The notes under the pieces are model-generated. The model was not told the DNA's origin, searched no databases, and was given only the letters and a program-made list of their open reading frames with translations. A stretch of DNA of 40,000 nucleotides from positions 222,057-262,056 of the forward strand of contig NZ_CP017921.1 in the NCBI RefSeq assembly GCF_001889405.1, written 5' to 3'. Each line of letters begins with the position of its first letter. Position 1 is the stretch's first letter. Below are positions 25,849 through 34,204 of this stretch, one piece after another. A program made the position numbers and the translations under genes. Origin of the DNA: Methanohalophilus halophilus. Lineage in GTDB: Archaea > Halobacteriota > Methanosarcinia > Methanosarcinales > Methanosarcinaceae.

Positions 25849-27050
25849 TGAAACTCCTTTTATTGAATGGTCATGGAATCGATATGCGGGTGAGCGGGGC
25901 AAAACTGCATATCAAGGATGGTAGGTTCACTACTGCTGAAGATCCTCAGAAGTATGTATTCCATCCCAAAAGGGTAGATGTGGATAATGTTGTTATCTAT
26001 GGGCAGAGTGGCAATCTTACAATTGAGGCTATCAGATGGTTGATCAAACATAATGTTCAAATTACAGTTCTGGATTGGAATGGAAAACTCCTTACTACAA
26101 TGTTACCTTCTGAAAGTACCAATGTCAAAACCAAGTTTGCTCAGTATCATGCTTTTGAAGATGAACAAACCAGAGTTAAACTGGCAAGGAAGTTTATTGA
26201 GGCCAAGATCTCCAAATCTGAGAGTGTTCTTGAGTATTTAAAACAGAGATATCCTGAGATTGAGTTTGATTTTTCAGAAGATCTTGATAAACTTAAAAAG
26301 ACAAAATCTGTCAGGGAAATTCTTGGTATTGAGGGTGGAGTTGCATGGAAGTACTGGAAAGAGTATGCTAAAGCAATTCCTGAAAAATATGAGTTTAATT
26401 CAAGGGTTGATGAATACAGGAGGCCTGTGGCAGCAGGAGATAAGGTTAATGTAATGCTGAATTATGGTTACTCACTCCTTGAGGCTGAATGTTTAAGAGC
26501 CATTAATACTGCTGGTCTTGATGGACATGTAGGCTTCTTGCATGAAATGAATCCAAGTAAATACAGTTTAGCCTATGACCTTCAAGAGCCTTTCAGATTC
26601 CTTGTTGAACTTACAGTTCTGAATTTGATTGAAAGAGATGTGATGGATAAACAGGATTTTATCAGAACTGAGAACTATGGTTTAAGGTTTAAACCGACTG
26701 GTGCTAGAAAATTAACCTCTGAGTTTAACGTTATGTTAAACAGGAGTTTAACGTATAAAGGTAAAAACTCATCATGGAGTTATATCTTGTTGTTGAAAAC
26801 AAGAGAACTGGCTTTTTATCTTACGGGTAGAAGGAAGACTTTGGAGTTTGTCGATCCAGTCTATAAGGTTGAAAGGGATGATTCTGAGGAGTTGAGGCAG
26901 AAGATCCTCTATATGCCTTACTCTGAGTGGAAGAAGATGGGTTTTTCTAAGGGTACTCTTCATTACATGAAGCAGAATGCTAAGTCTGGTAAGCCTTTTA
27001 GTTTAAATGCCCATGTGAGGGAGAGGTTGGAGATGTGGGAAGTACATTAA
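25848..27050 (+). CDS. cas1: Cas1-family integrase (casposase) with C-terminal HTH
   Basis: 400-aa ORF with Cas1 signatures: GIEGGVAWKYW (catalytic Glu region), NVMLNYGYSLLE, GLDGHVGFLHEM (His) and SLAYDLQEPFR (Glu/Asp). A C-terminal HTH-like tail (WKKMGFSKGTLHYMKQNAKSG) is typical of casposases. No cas2, other cas genes or CRISPR array are present in the window. Confidence 0.92.
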   Translation: MKLLLLNGHGIDMRVSGAKLHIKDGRFTTAEDPQKYVFHPKRVDVDNVVIYGQSGNLTIEAIRWLIKHNVQITVLDWNGKLLTTMLPSESTNVKTKFAQYHAFEDEQTRVKLARKFIEAKISKSESVLEYLKQRYPEIEFDFSEDLDKLKKTKSVREILGIEGGVAWKYWKEYAKAIPEKYEFNSRVDEYRRPVAAGDKVNVMLNYGYSLLEAECLRAINTAGLDGHVGFLHEMNPSKYSLAYDLQEPFRFLVELTVLNLIERDVMDKQDFIRTENYGLRFKPTGARKLTSEFNVMLNRSLTYKGKNSSWSYILLLKTRELAFYLTGRRKTLEFVDPVYKVERDDSEELRQKILYMPYSEWKKMGFSKGTLHYMKQNAKSGKPFSLNAHVRERLEMWEVH

Positions 27051-27163
27051 TTAAGTATATTTTTTTACACAAAAAGGTGAATATAAGCAACTATATTTTT
27101 TATATAATTTTATATCTTATAGACTACAAAAATGATTTATAGAATTTTGTTTCATTTATACAT

Positions 27164-27838
27164 ATGCATAGTTTGGAAGTAGTCACTCTTTTTTTACAAG
27201 CAATTGTAACTCTGTATGCATTTTTCTTTGCAGTATATGCGCTTGGGATAAAAAAATATGCTAAAAATATTACTTATCATTCTTATTTTGACGCAATATC
27301 ATTAGCAGTTTTAAGTTCTATATTTATATATACTTTAATGCTGTTCATTTATTCACAAGATTTAAATTTATTATCTTTTTATATTCATATCAATATATTA
27401 GAAATTATATTGAGTTTTATAGAACGTTCAAATATTAATTATTTTAATGTTGCATATAGTATATTCATTTTTATAATCGGATTGATGTTTATATATGCAA
27501 AGATTTTACTGGATTTGAATAAGTCAGAAGAAAGATTTTCCCAAAAAATAAGTAATATTCAGCTAGAAAAGGGGAAGGTAAAACCATTATTTAAAATAAC
27601 TTATTACATCTTTAAATATTACTTGTCTAACATGGGGATCTATGGAAATTTAGTATTTATTTTAATGTTAATTTTTCTTGTTTTACAATTTCCAGAGATA
27701 TCCTTTTTCGGATTAATTACATTTATTATTGGAGTTTATTTGTTTTTAGGGGCTTTTATTTTTATAACAACATTAATCATATTTTGTGTTTCATTTTGTA
27801 AAGTAAGACTACTCCAAAATAGACTGAAGCATCTCTGA
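27164..27838 (+). CDS. Polytopic membrane protein (casposon cargo)
   Basis: 224-aa very AT-rich ORF with at least 5 hydrophobic helices. No family assignment. Confidence 0.5.
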   Translation: MHSLEVVTLFLQAIVTLYAFFFAVYALGIKKYAKNITYHSYFDAISLAVLSSIFIYTLMLFIYSQDLNLLSFYIHINILEIILSFIERSNINYFNVAYSIFIFIIGLMFIYAKILLDLNKSEERFSQKISNIQLEKGKVKPLFKITYYIFKYYLSNMGIYGNLVFILMLIFLVLQFPEISFFGLITFIIGVYLFLGAFIFITTLIIFCVSFCKVRLLQNRLKHL

Positions 27839-28048
27839 GGCCACATAAACATAAAAAGAACTTACATAGTATAATTATTTTTAATTATGCAGATGCTTTG
27901 AAAACGTATTATTCTTGTTCAATTACTTAAATAATATTTGAGATAATATTACAAAATCTAGTGCTTTTAAAGATAACTTTAAGTAAAATATTATTTCTAA
28001 AAATATTACAAAAGATTCAAATAAATTCTTATAAAAATATATTAGATA

Positions 28049-28435
28049 TTATTCTGCTCGAACTTTATCAATTTTTAGGTTGATTTTTCCATTTTTACTT
28101 TTTAATTCATGCCATTCGCTGTTTGTTAAAGTTACAGAATGAGTTCTTTTCTTTTGCACATTCGCCCCATCCCTAACTGTACCAAAATATATTGTATTCG
28201 TTTCTAAGATTCTATTATCGAAAAGAAGTGAATAATCAACCTGGACATTATCAGCATCCATTGTGCCAATATTTGTAGTATCGAAATAACATTCCACAAT
28301 TATATTGTCATTTGATAATGTGTTATATTCATAAGTGTTTTGTCCATCAACAATAACTTCATAATTACCTGTACAACCTGATATAAATACTATGCAAATA
28401 ATGGATAGAATGAGTGTCGTTTTATTACAAAACAT
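28049..28435 (-). CDS. Putative secreted/lipobox protein (casposon cargo)
   Basis: 128-aa ORF with an N-terminal signal-like helix ending in FISGCTG (lipobox-like Cys). Confidence 0.5.
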   Translation of the reverse strand: MFCNKTTLILSIICIVFISGCTGNYEVIVDGQNTYEYNTLSNDNIIVECYFDTTNIGTMDADNVQVDYSLLFDNRILETNTIYFGTVRDGANVQKKRTHSVTLTNSEWHELKSKNGKINLKIDKVRAE

Positions 28436-28498
28436 ATATTTTTAATATGTACTCCTAATATATATATTTTTTATATGCCCTAGATTTTACATAAAATA

Positions 28499-28529
28499 GC
28501 GTACAAAAAATTGGAGATAACTATATCCC
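28499..28529. repeat. Casposon right terminal inverted repeat
   Basis: gcgtacaaaaaattggagataactatatccc is the reverse complement of 19602-19632 with one mismatch. Confidence 0.9.
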
Positions 28530-28543
28530 AGAAAAATAGTGCG
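28530..28543. repeat. Target-site duplication copy 3 (agaaaaatagtgcg), overlapping the tRNA-Leu 3' end
   Basis: Exact 14-bp repeat. Positions 28540-28543 are the last 4 nt (CGCA on the gene strand) of tRNA-Leu. Confidence 0.88.
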
Positions 28544-28624
28544 AGGGGTGGGATTCGAACCCACGGACTCCTACGAGAATGGGTCCTAAGCCCATCGCCT
28601 TTGGCCTGGCTGGGCAACCCTCGC
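28540..28624 (-). tRNA. tRNA-Leu (anticodon UAG)
   Basis: Manual cloverleaf of the 85-nt minus-strand sequence GCGAGGG-TT-GCC..GGC-G-ATGGG-CTTAGGA-CCCAT-(14-nt variable arm TCTCGTAGGAGTCC)-GTGGG-TTCGAAT-CCCAC-CCCTCGC-A. The long variable arm and TAG anticodon indicate Leu. CCA is not encoded. Confidence 0.9.
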
Positions 28625-28719
28625 CCGATTGATGTTGGTTAAATACATACCTTACATATTAAATTGACGGATTATTGAAAGCAAATTTGTGGAAAACAAT
28701 ATGCAGCCCTATGAATATA

Positions 28720-28761
28720 GTCCTAAGCCCTGCGCCTTTGGCCTGGCTGGGCAACCCCCGC
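28720..28761 (-). pseudogene. Orphan 5' half of a second tRNA-Leu(UAG)-like gene
   Basis: The minus-strand sequence GCGGGGGTTGCCCAGCCAGGCCAAAGGCGCAGGGCTTAGGAC matches tRNA-Leu positions 1 to ~41 with 3 substitutions. Similarity stops just after the anticodon loop. No matching 3' half (no gcggggg on the plus strand) occurs in the 95 bp before the intact tRNA. Confidence 0.7.
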
Positions 28762-28878
28762 AAGAAGATTGAAAATTGTTCTGCATACTTCCGGCATCAC
28801 AACCCGTACCTGATGATACGGCTGTGCGGGAAGTGGTCTTACATGGGCGCACACAGATATTAATGTTGCGCAAAAATG

Positions 28879-29385
28879 TCATTCAATCCTGATACCAATC
28901 TCATGGCGTTTCAAAAAATTCGGAACCCAGGGCGGGTCATAACTTAGCCGGAAAAATTTGCCTGTGCGGATGTACTCATGGGAATCCAGGAACTGTTCAA
29001 GGTAACTGCGTTTATGGGAGATGATGGCATCGGATATGCTGCCCCTGAACTTAACCACCGCAATCCTGCGAGGGGACAGTGTTTGCAGGGCCACTTCCTT
29101 TGAAAAAGGAGCAGGCGGTTTTGTGGAAGTAAATTCGCCAGGTAGCACAAAAGCCATCTCCACTTCCTTCTCCTGAGGATAACATGTTATCACAGGAGTG
29201 GTCATTGAAATCTTCAGCCGATTTTCATTGGAGCCGAAGATGTATGCAGCTATTTTCCTGAAAGCCTCATTAGAACTCGATGCATTAGTCCTGGCGACTA
29301 TCATTTCCGGATAATAACGAATTTCGATATCATCAGCCGGCTTCTCCAATATATCATATTCAGCAGTAGGAACCCCCATAATCAA
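28879..29385 (-). CDS. SOUL heme-binding family protein
   Basis: 168-aa ORF. The N-terminal YDILEKPADDIEIRYYPEMIVART and the overall length fit the SOUL/HBP family pattern. Confidence 0.7.
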   Translation of the reverse strand: MIMGVPTAEYDILEKPADDIEIRYYPEMIVARTNASSSNEAFRKIAAYIFGSNENRLKISMTTPVITCYPQEKEVEMAFVLPGEFTSTKPPAPFSKEVALQTLSPRRIAVVKFRGSISDAIISHKRSYLEQFLDSHEYIRTGKFFRLSYDPPWVPNFLKRHEIGIRIE

Positions 29386-29432
29386 ACCCCATTATACATG
29401 GGCAGCAAACATTGATCACTGTTTCGAACCAA

Positions 29433-30131
29433 TCAAGGATTCTTAGCAGCCTTGCGGTTAAGTCTTTCCAGAACCTTTTCACTGCGAAGTTGCCGCAGAG
29501 CATCCGAAGCAATCCAGCCGGCACTTTTCGAATCAATATCTCCTACACGTTCAGCACATTCTATGGCCCTGTTATTAAGGTACAGACTGCGTTTTCCTAT
29601 CTGACGCAGAGCCCAGTTTACAGCCTTTTTCACCATATTGCGCCCGTCGACAGCTTCACGTTCAATTACAGGGAAAAAAGCAAGAAAGTTTTCATCAGTA
29701 GCCTGTTTATCGCTTACAGCCAGCCGGGCCATCATAACAAACCCGGCCCTTTTGACAAACTCCTCATGTTTGCCACTCCACTCGAAAGCCTTCTTCCAGG
29801 CAAGAGAGGTCTTTTCAAACAGGTTCATGCAACACTGATCGCAGATCTCCCAGTAATCAAAATCCCTTGCCCACCGATCCATCTGTTCTGTCGTGACCTT
29901 TGAAGGTTCATCCATCATACTGGCAAGAATACGAGTCTCCCTCAAATCGATATTCCAAAGCTCAAGGGCCAGTTCATGATTTGTTCCTATCTCCTTTGCA
30001 ATGCTGCGCAGAATCGGTATTGAAATTCCCAATGCCTCAGATGGCGTGATACCATAATTTTTCATACCATCCACAGCAGTGGGATTGGCATTCTCATACA
30101 ATTTTTCAAGAATAGTATCTGTTGTTGTCAT
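29433..30131 (-). CDS. DNA alkylation repair protein (AlkD-like HEAT-repeat family)
   Basis: 232-aa helical-repeat ORF with YGITPSEALGISIPILRSIAKEIGTNHELALELW ... ETRILASMM ... WEICDQCCMNLF, characteristic of the DNA alkylation repair enzyme family. Confidence 0.75.
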   Translation of the reverse strand: MTTTDTILEKLYENANPTAVDGMKNYGITPSEALGISIPILRSIAKEIGTNHELALELWNIDLRETRILASMMDEPSKVTTEQMDRWARDFDYWEICDQCCMNLFEKTSLAWKKAFEWSGKHEEFVKRAGFVMMARLAVSDKQATDENFLAFFPVIEREAVDGRNMVKKAVNWALRQIGKRSLYLNNRAIECAERVGDIDSKSAGWIASDALRQLRSEKVLERLNRKAAKNP

Positions 30132-30196
30132 GAAAAGACATCAAATACTTAAACATAAATATCTTTGTCCAAAAAAAGATTGTAAGAAAAAGAGAA

Positions 30197-30268
30197 TGCG
30201 TCGACCGGGATTCGAACCCGGGTTTAGGGCTTGGAAGGCCCCAGTCATAGCCACTAGACCATCAACGC
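30197..30268 (-). tRNA. tRNA-Gly (anticodon UCC)
   Basis: 72-nt minus-strand sequence GCGTTGA...GGGGC-CTTCCAA-GCCCT...CCGGG-TTCGAAT-CCCGG-TCGACGC-A. The acceptor stem pairs 7/7 (one G-U) and the anticodon is TCC. Confidence 0.9.
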
Positions 30269-30358
30269 TCACTGCAACCTCTTGATAGTATTTTTCAGAT
30301 ATAACCCTTTCGGCCATGCCATTTATGAATACACGGTATTGCCACCAGCAAAATACAA

Positions 30359-32335
30359 TTAGAGAGAATAGGTTTCCCTCATTTCCCTGATAGCATCCCT
30401 CAGACGAGCTGCTTCCTCGAATTCCAGGTTGCGGGCAGCCTCATGCATCTCCGCCTCCATATCAATGAGCATGCTGTTGGCCTCCATTTTGGAAAGACCC
30501 ATGTCAACTCCGGTAGCAGGAGTGGATACTTCTTCAGCCTCCACGATTTCACGCTGAATTTCCTTCATGATACTGGTCGGTGTAATGTTATGCTTGCGAT
30601 TGAATTCCAGTTGCAGATTACGTCTCCTTTCCATCTCACCCATTGCACGGGACATTGAACCGGTAATCCTGTCCGCATACATAATAGCATAAGCATCCAC
30701 ATTCCGCGAAGCCCGGCCAATCGTCTGGATGAGAGAGCGTTCCGAACGCAGGAAACCTTCCTTATCTGCATCAAGTATTGCCACAAGAGCGACCTCGGGA
30801 ATGTCCAATCCCTCACGTAACAGGTTGATCCCCACAAGCACATCAAAGGTACCCTTACGCAATTCCCGCACGATCTCGGCCCGCTCCAGGGTATCGATGT
30901 CCGAATGCATATACCGCACCCTGATACCCATCTCCAACAGGTAGTCGGTCAGGTCCTCAGCCATTTTCTTAGTCAGAGTTGTCACAAGAGTCCTGTAACC
31001 TCTTTCCGATATCTTCCGGACTTCTTCCATCAGGTCATCGATTTGATTGGCCACAGGCCTGACCTGGACCGGTGGATCAACCAGCCCTGTAGGACGAATG
31101 ATCTGCTCCACTACCTGATCACTCAATCCCAGCTCATAATCCGCAGGTGTGGCGGAAACATAAACCGCCTGATTGATCCTCTCCTCGAATTCCCTGTAAT
31201 TCAGAGGCCGGTTATCGAAAGCCGAAGGCAGACGGAACCCATATTCAATGAGGGATTTTTTGCGTGCCCGATCCCCGTTATGCATCCCCCCTATCTGCGG
31301 GATAGTCACATGGGATTCATCGATGATGAGTAAATAATCATCCGGAAAGAAATCCAGCAGTGAAGAAGGAGCCTCGCCTGGTTTGCGCCCGTCAAAATGA
31401 CGGGAATAATTTTCAATACCACTGCAGTACCCAAGCTCTTCTATCATTTCAATATCAAACCTTGTGCGTTGCATTATACGCTGGGCTTCCAGTAATTGAC
31501 CCTGTTTTTCAAATTCGGAAACTGTATCCTTCAATTCCTCTTCAATAGCTACAAGGGCACGATCAATCTGTGACTGGGGCATAACAAAATGTTTGGCAGG
31601 ATAAATCACAACCTGCATATCATCTTCCACTTCACGTACAACCTTTCCGGTCAGGGGTTCAAAATAAGAAATCCTGTCAATCTCATCACCGAACATTTCT
31701 ACCCGCACTGCTACATTATCCTGCGCCGGGAAGATCTCAACAGTGTCCCCACGGGCACGAAAAGTACCCTGGGTGAATTCCACATCATTCCTTTCATACT
31801 GGATATCTACAAGTTTACCGAATATCCAGCTCCTGTCAACCTCATCTCCCGGTTTCAGGAAAAGGGACATTTCCTGCCATTCCTTGGGTGAACCCAGGTT
31901 GTAGATGCATGAAACACTGGATACAACAATTACGTCCCTGCGTTCCATAAGCGACTTGGTGGCAGACAATCTCAGCCTGTCTATCTCTTCATTTATGGAA
32001 GAATCCTTTTCAATGTAGGTATCCGTTGTGGGGAGATAGGCCTCTGGCTGGTAATAATCGTAATAACTAACAAAATATTCCACCGCGTTGTCCGGGAAAA
32101 AGTCGCGGAATTCTGAAAACAACTGGGCTGCAAGGGTTTTGTTATGAGCAATTACAAGGGTCGGTCTCTGCACATTTTGAATGACATTTGCCATTGTGAA
32201 AGTCTTACCTGATCCGGTCACACCCAGCAGTGTCTGGTGCCTAAAATCACCGATTATACCATTCGAGAGGTTTTCGATCGCCTGTGGCTGGTCACCACGA
32301 GGACTGTAGTTTGATACAAGTTCAAACTCCGGCAT
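30359..32335 (-). CDS. uvrB: Excinuclease ABC subunit B
   Basis: 658-aa ORF with [17 protein letters not shown], Walker [17 protein letters not shown], the beta-hairpin region and a C-terminal UVR domain ([12 protein letters not shown]). Confidence 0.97.
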   Translation of the reverse strand: MPEFELVSNYSPRGDQPQAIENLSNGIIGDFRHQTLLGVTGSGKTFTMANVIQNVQRPTLVIAHNKTLAAQLFSEFRDFFPDNAVEYFVSYYDYYQPEAYLPTTDTYIEKDSSINEEIDRLRLSATKSLMERRDVIVVSSVSCIYNLGSPKEWQEMSLFLKPGDEVDRSWIFGKLVDIQYERNDVEFTQGTFRARGDTVEIFPAQDNVAVRVEMFGDEIDRISYFEPLTGKVVREVEDDMQVVIYPAKHFVMPQSQIDRALVAIEEELKDTVSEFEKQGQLLEAQRIMQRTRFDIEMIEELGYCSGIENYSRHFDGRKPGEAPSSLLDFFPDDYLLIIDESHVTIPQIGGMHNGDRARKKSLIEYGFRLPSAFDNRPLNYREFEERINQAVYVSATPADYELGLSDQVVEQIIRPTGLVDPPVQVRPVANQIDDLMEEVRKISERGYRTLVTTLTKKMAEDLTDYLLEMGIRVRYMHSDIDTLERAEIVRELRKGTFDVLVGINLLREGLDIPEVALVAILDADKEGFLRSERSLIQTIGRASRNVDAYAIMYADRITGSMSRAMGEMERRRNLQLEFNRKHNITPTSIMKEIQREIVEAEEVSTPATGVDMGLSKMEANSMLIDMEAEMHEAARNLEFEEAARLRDAIREMRETYSL

Positions 32336-32368
32336 ATTACATCCTATCTGTTGTGAAAACGTATATAA

Positions 32369-32695
32369 TTATACCAATATTACCATCAAAAGGTAAATCA
32401 GCATCAGAATGAGGGCAAGCAACATCGCCTTTTTAGAAGTGTTGCTATCTGAGCCAAAAATTATCGGCAGGGGACCGATCATTATCACTCCTCCACTATT
32501 CACATCGGAGCGAAAATAATCTCCCTCATCACCTGTTTGAACTCCATTCACAGTACCATGTGTATGTGATGACGGCTGTTTTTTGTGAAATGCGTGTTGT
32601 TCACGGACACCCCGTATTATCAGGAAAAGGCCAAGCCCGATAAGGGTCATTCCTCCGTAAACGAGTAAATTCCCGATCAACGGTTGGTCCTCCAT
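32369..32695 (-). CDS. DUF131/TIGR00304-like small membrane protein
   Basis: 108-aa ORF with two TM helices and the conserved GGVIMIGPLPIIFGS motif. It is a paralogue of the adjacent gene. Confidence 0.65.
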   Translation of the reverse strand: MEDQPLIGNLLVYGGMTLIGLGLFLIIRGVREQHAFHKKQPSSHTHGTVNGVQTGDEGDYFRSDVNSGGVIMIGPLPIIFGSDSNTSKKAMLLALILMLIYLLMVILV

Positions 32696-32925
32696 AACAA
32701 AATGTAAATCGCAAATATTAAAAGTCCTAATAAAAGCATTGAATAGGAAACACCTTCAGAAGAACCTATAACAATTGGAATAGGACCTATCAGCACAAGC
32801 CCGCCAAATTCTGACTGGGTTCCATTTTCATCAATCACTTTTGTAATAAGACCTAAAAACAATAAAAAAAAGCCGATTGCAGTCAGCACGAAACCCTTTG
32901 TTATAGAATTCTCTGCTGAGCTCAT
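32677..32925 (-). CDS. DUF131/TIGR00304-like small membrane protein
   Basis: 82-aa ORF with the GGLVLIGPIPIVIGS motif. It overlaps the downstream paralogue by 19 nt. Confidence 0.65.
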   Translation of the reverse strand: MSSAENSITKGFVLTAIGFFLLFLGLITKVIDENGTQSEFGGLVLIGPIPIVIGSSEGVSYSMLLLGLLIFAIYILLWRTNR

Positions 32926-32955
32926 GAGAAAAGATAGGGATTCAGATTTTAAATA

Positions 32956-33699
32956 TCATGTCCTCTGGATATAACCTGGAGAAAAGGACTGATGAACTGA
33001 AGATTGCTCTTCCATATCGCCCACATAAAGATACTCCCGGTTGGTGCGATTGCCCCGTCTCTGGAGGAGGTCTTTACGATACATCCGGGAAAGGTATGTG
33101 GATACAGTGCTCAGTTTGATTGGGCCATATACCTGCTCATACTGATGCTGTATTTCCTGTGAAGTACCCCACATACGTGGGAACTCGTATTTCAGGAACA
33201 ATTCAAGTCTTTCACTTATTGTCAACGAGGGATCTGGTTTTGATTTATTCACCTGTTGAGAAGGAAAAGACCGGTTTACGCTACCACCTTGCTTTCCTTG
33301 CTGGACATGAGGTGGCTGGGACATCGATGGTGCTTGGGTGGTGGGTTGCATGGGAGGTAAGGGTTGTGGCATCATCGACGGGTAGTAAACCGGTGGGTAA
33401 TACATTGGATTATAGTAATGTTGTGCTGGCATAGGCGGATAATTTGGAGGAACCATCTGTGGCGGAACCTGTTGCTGCTGTGGTGTATATTGAACACCGG
33501 CATGTGAAGGCGTGTTTACTTCATGACTGTTTTGTGATTGTGAAGAAAGGTTAAAAGATGAAGATTCTTCCGATTGAGGTTGCGCCTCACCGAACATGTT
33601 GATAAACTGGATCGAGCGATTTTGCCAAGTATCTCCTTCAAATTGGACTCTGGCAACCTCGTTATCATCATCATCGAATAACTCGAGTCGAATTTTCAT
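32956..33699 (-). CDS. Q/P-rich low-complexity protein with C-terminal winged-helix-like domain
   Basis: 247-aa ORF. The central ~110 aa are rich in Pro/Gln/Tyr/Met (QQQQVPPQMVPPNYPPMPAQHYYNPMYYPPVYYPSMMPQPLPPMQP). The C-terminus reads TISERLELFLKYEF ... LSTVSTYLSRMYRKDLLQRRG, which is wHTH-like. Confidence 0.6.
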   Translation of the reverse strand: MKIRLELFDDDDNEVARVQFEGDTWQNRSIQFINMFGEAQPQSEESSSFNLSSQSQNSHEVNTPSHAGVQYTPQQQQVPPQMVPPNYPPMPAQHYYNPMYYPPVYYPSMMPQPLPPMQPTTQAPSMSQPPHVQQGKQGGSVNRSFPSQQVNKSKPDPSLTISERLELFLKYEFPRMWGTSQEIQHQYEQVYGPIKLSTVSTYLSRMYRKDLLQRRGNRTNREYLYVGDMEEQSSVHQSFSPGYIQRT

Positions 33700-33719
33700 C
33701 CTTTAGCCTCTGCATAAGT

Positions 33720-33771
33720 CCATTCATCCCCTCAGATGCAATGGAGTGCAAAGCCATTCATCCCCTCAGAT
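33720..33771. promoter_or_regulatory. Two perfect 18-bp direct repeats upstream of the Q/P-rich wHTH gene
   Basis: ccattcatcccctcagat occurs at 33720-33737 and 33754-33771 (34-bp period). The copies begin 21 nt upstream of the minus-strand start codon at 33699. Confidence 0.55.
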
Positions 33772-34204
33772 TTATGGTTTGCATTGTTTAGATTGATTTG
33801 TGAAGTGTTATCACAGTTTCACACACATCCATTATATGCAATATTTGATATGATAAGATCATATATAAGTCTTTTGTTATATATTTGTTTTAAACTGTTT
33901 TTTACTTGTGAAAAACAATAAAATAAAAGTAAACAATTTAAAAATCCATATTCTCCCCCTATTCACAACAAAGAAAGAGAACAAAGTGATATAAATATTA
34001 CCATAACTTGCCTATTGTTCCAGCGGAAACAAGGGGGTTGTTTTTATCTGTATAGAAGTGTGAAACAAGACATATAACAAGATAATATGCGTAAAAACAC
34101 AGATAAGAGTCATAAAAACATAGGTAAAAATACATATAACACGCCCAGATAATACCCGAAAACAGGAGTGGATTTATATTCGATGATATGCATAGGGACG
34201 CATT

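Larger units (their letters stand above)
19602..28529. mobile_element. Intact casposon (family-2-like: Cas1 casposase, protein-primed PolB, HNH, HTH/RHH, cargo)
   Basis: The 31-bp TIRs gggatatagttatctctaattttttgtacgc (19602-19632) and gcgtacaaaaaattggagataactatatccc (28499-28529) match at 30/31 as reverse complements. Identical 14-bp direct repeats flank the element. It contains uninterrupted Cas1 and PolB ORFs and sits at the 3' end of tRNA-Leu. Confidence 0.9.

Noticed and set aside
25848-27050. Cas1 as part of a CRISPR-Cas locus
   Set aside because: There is no cas2, no other cas genes and no repeat-spacer array anywhere in the window. Cas1 sits inside TIR/TSD boundaries with a PolB, which is the casposon configuration.
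28720-28761. Intron-containing or split tRNA interpretation of the tRNA-Leu fragment
   Set aside because: Similarity ends after position ~39, not at the canonical 37/38 intron site. No 3' exon with a matching acceptor strand exists in the 95 bp before the intact tRNA. This can only be settled by a genome-wide search.
28787-28833. Imperfect hairpin cttccggca...tacggctgtgcgggaag downstream of the SOUL-family gene
   Set aside because: The stem is short and mismatched, with no following T-tract on the gene strand. It could be a weak terminator but is not distinctive enough to report.
28675-28863. 62-aa ORF spanning the tRNA-Leu 5'-half fragment
   Set aside because: The reading frame runs through tRNA-derived sequence and a hairpin-forming region, and it has no coding signature.
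29412-29903. 163-aa ORF antisense to the AlkD-like gene, and the 68-aa ORF at 30079-30285 covering tRNA-Gly
   Set aside because: Both overlap better-supported features (a HEAT-repeat repair protein and a clean tRNA cloverleaf) and have low-complexity translations.
34070-34154. Repeated acatataaca...agataata motifs upstream of pan
   Set aside because: These are short AT-rich repeats in an AT-rich intergenic region. They are plausibly promoter elements but not statistically distinctive by eye.
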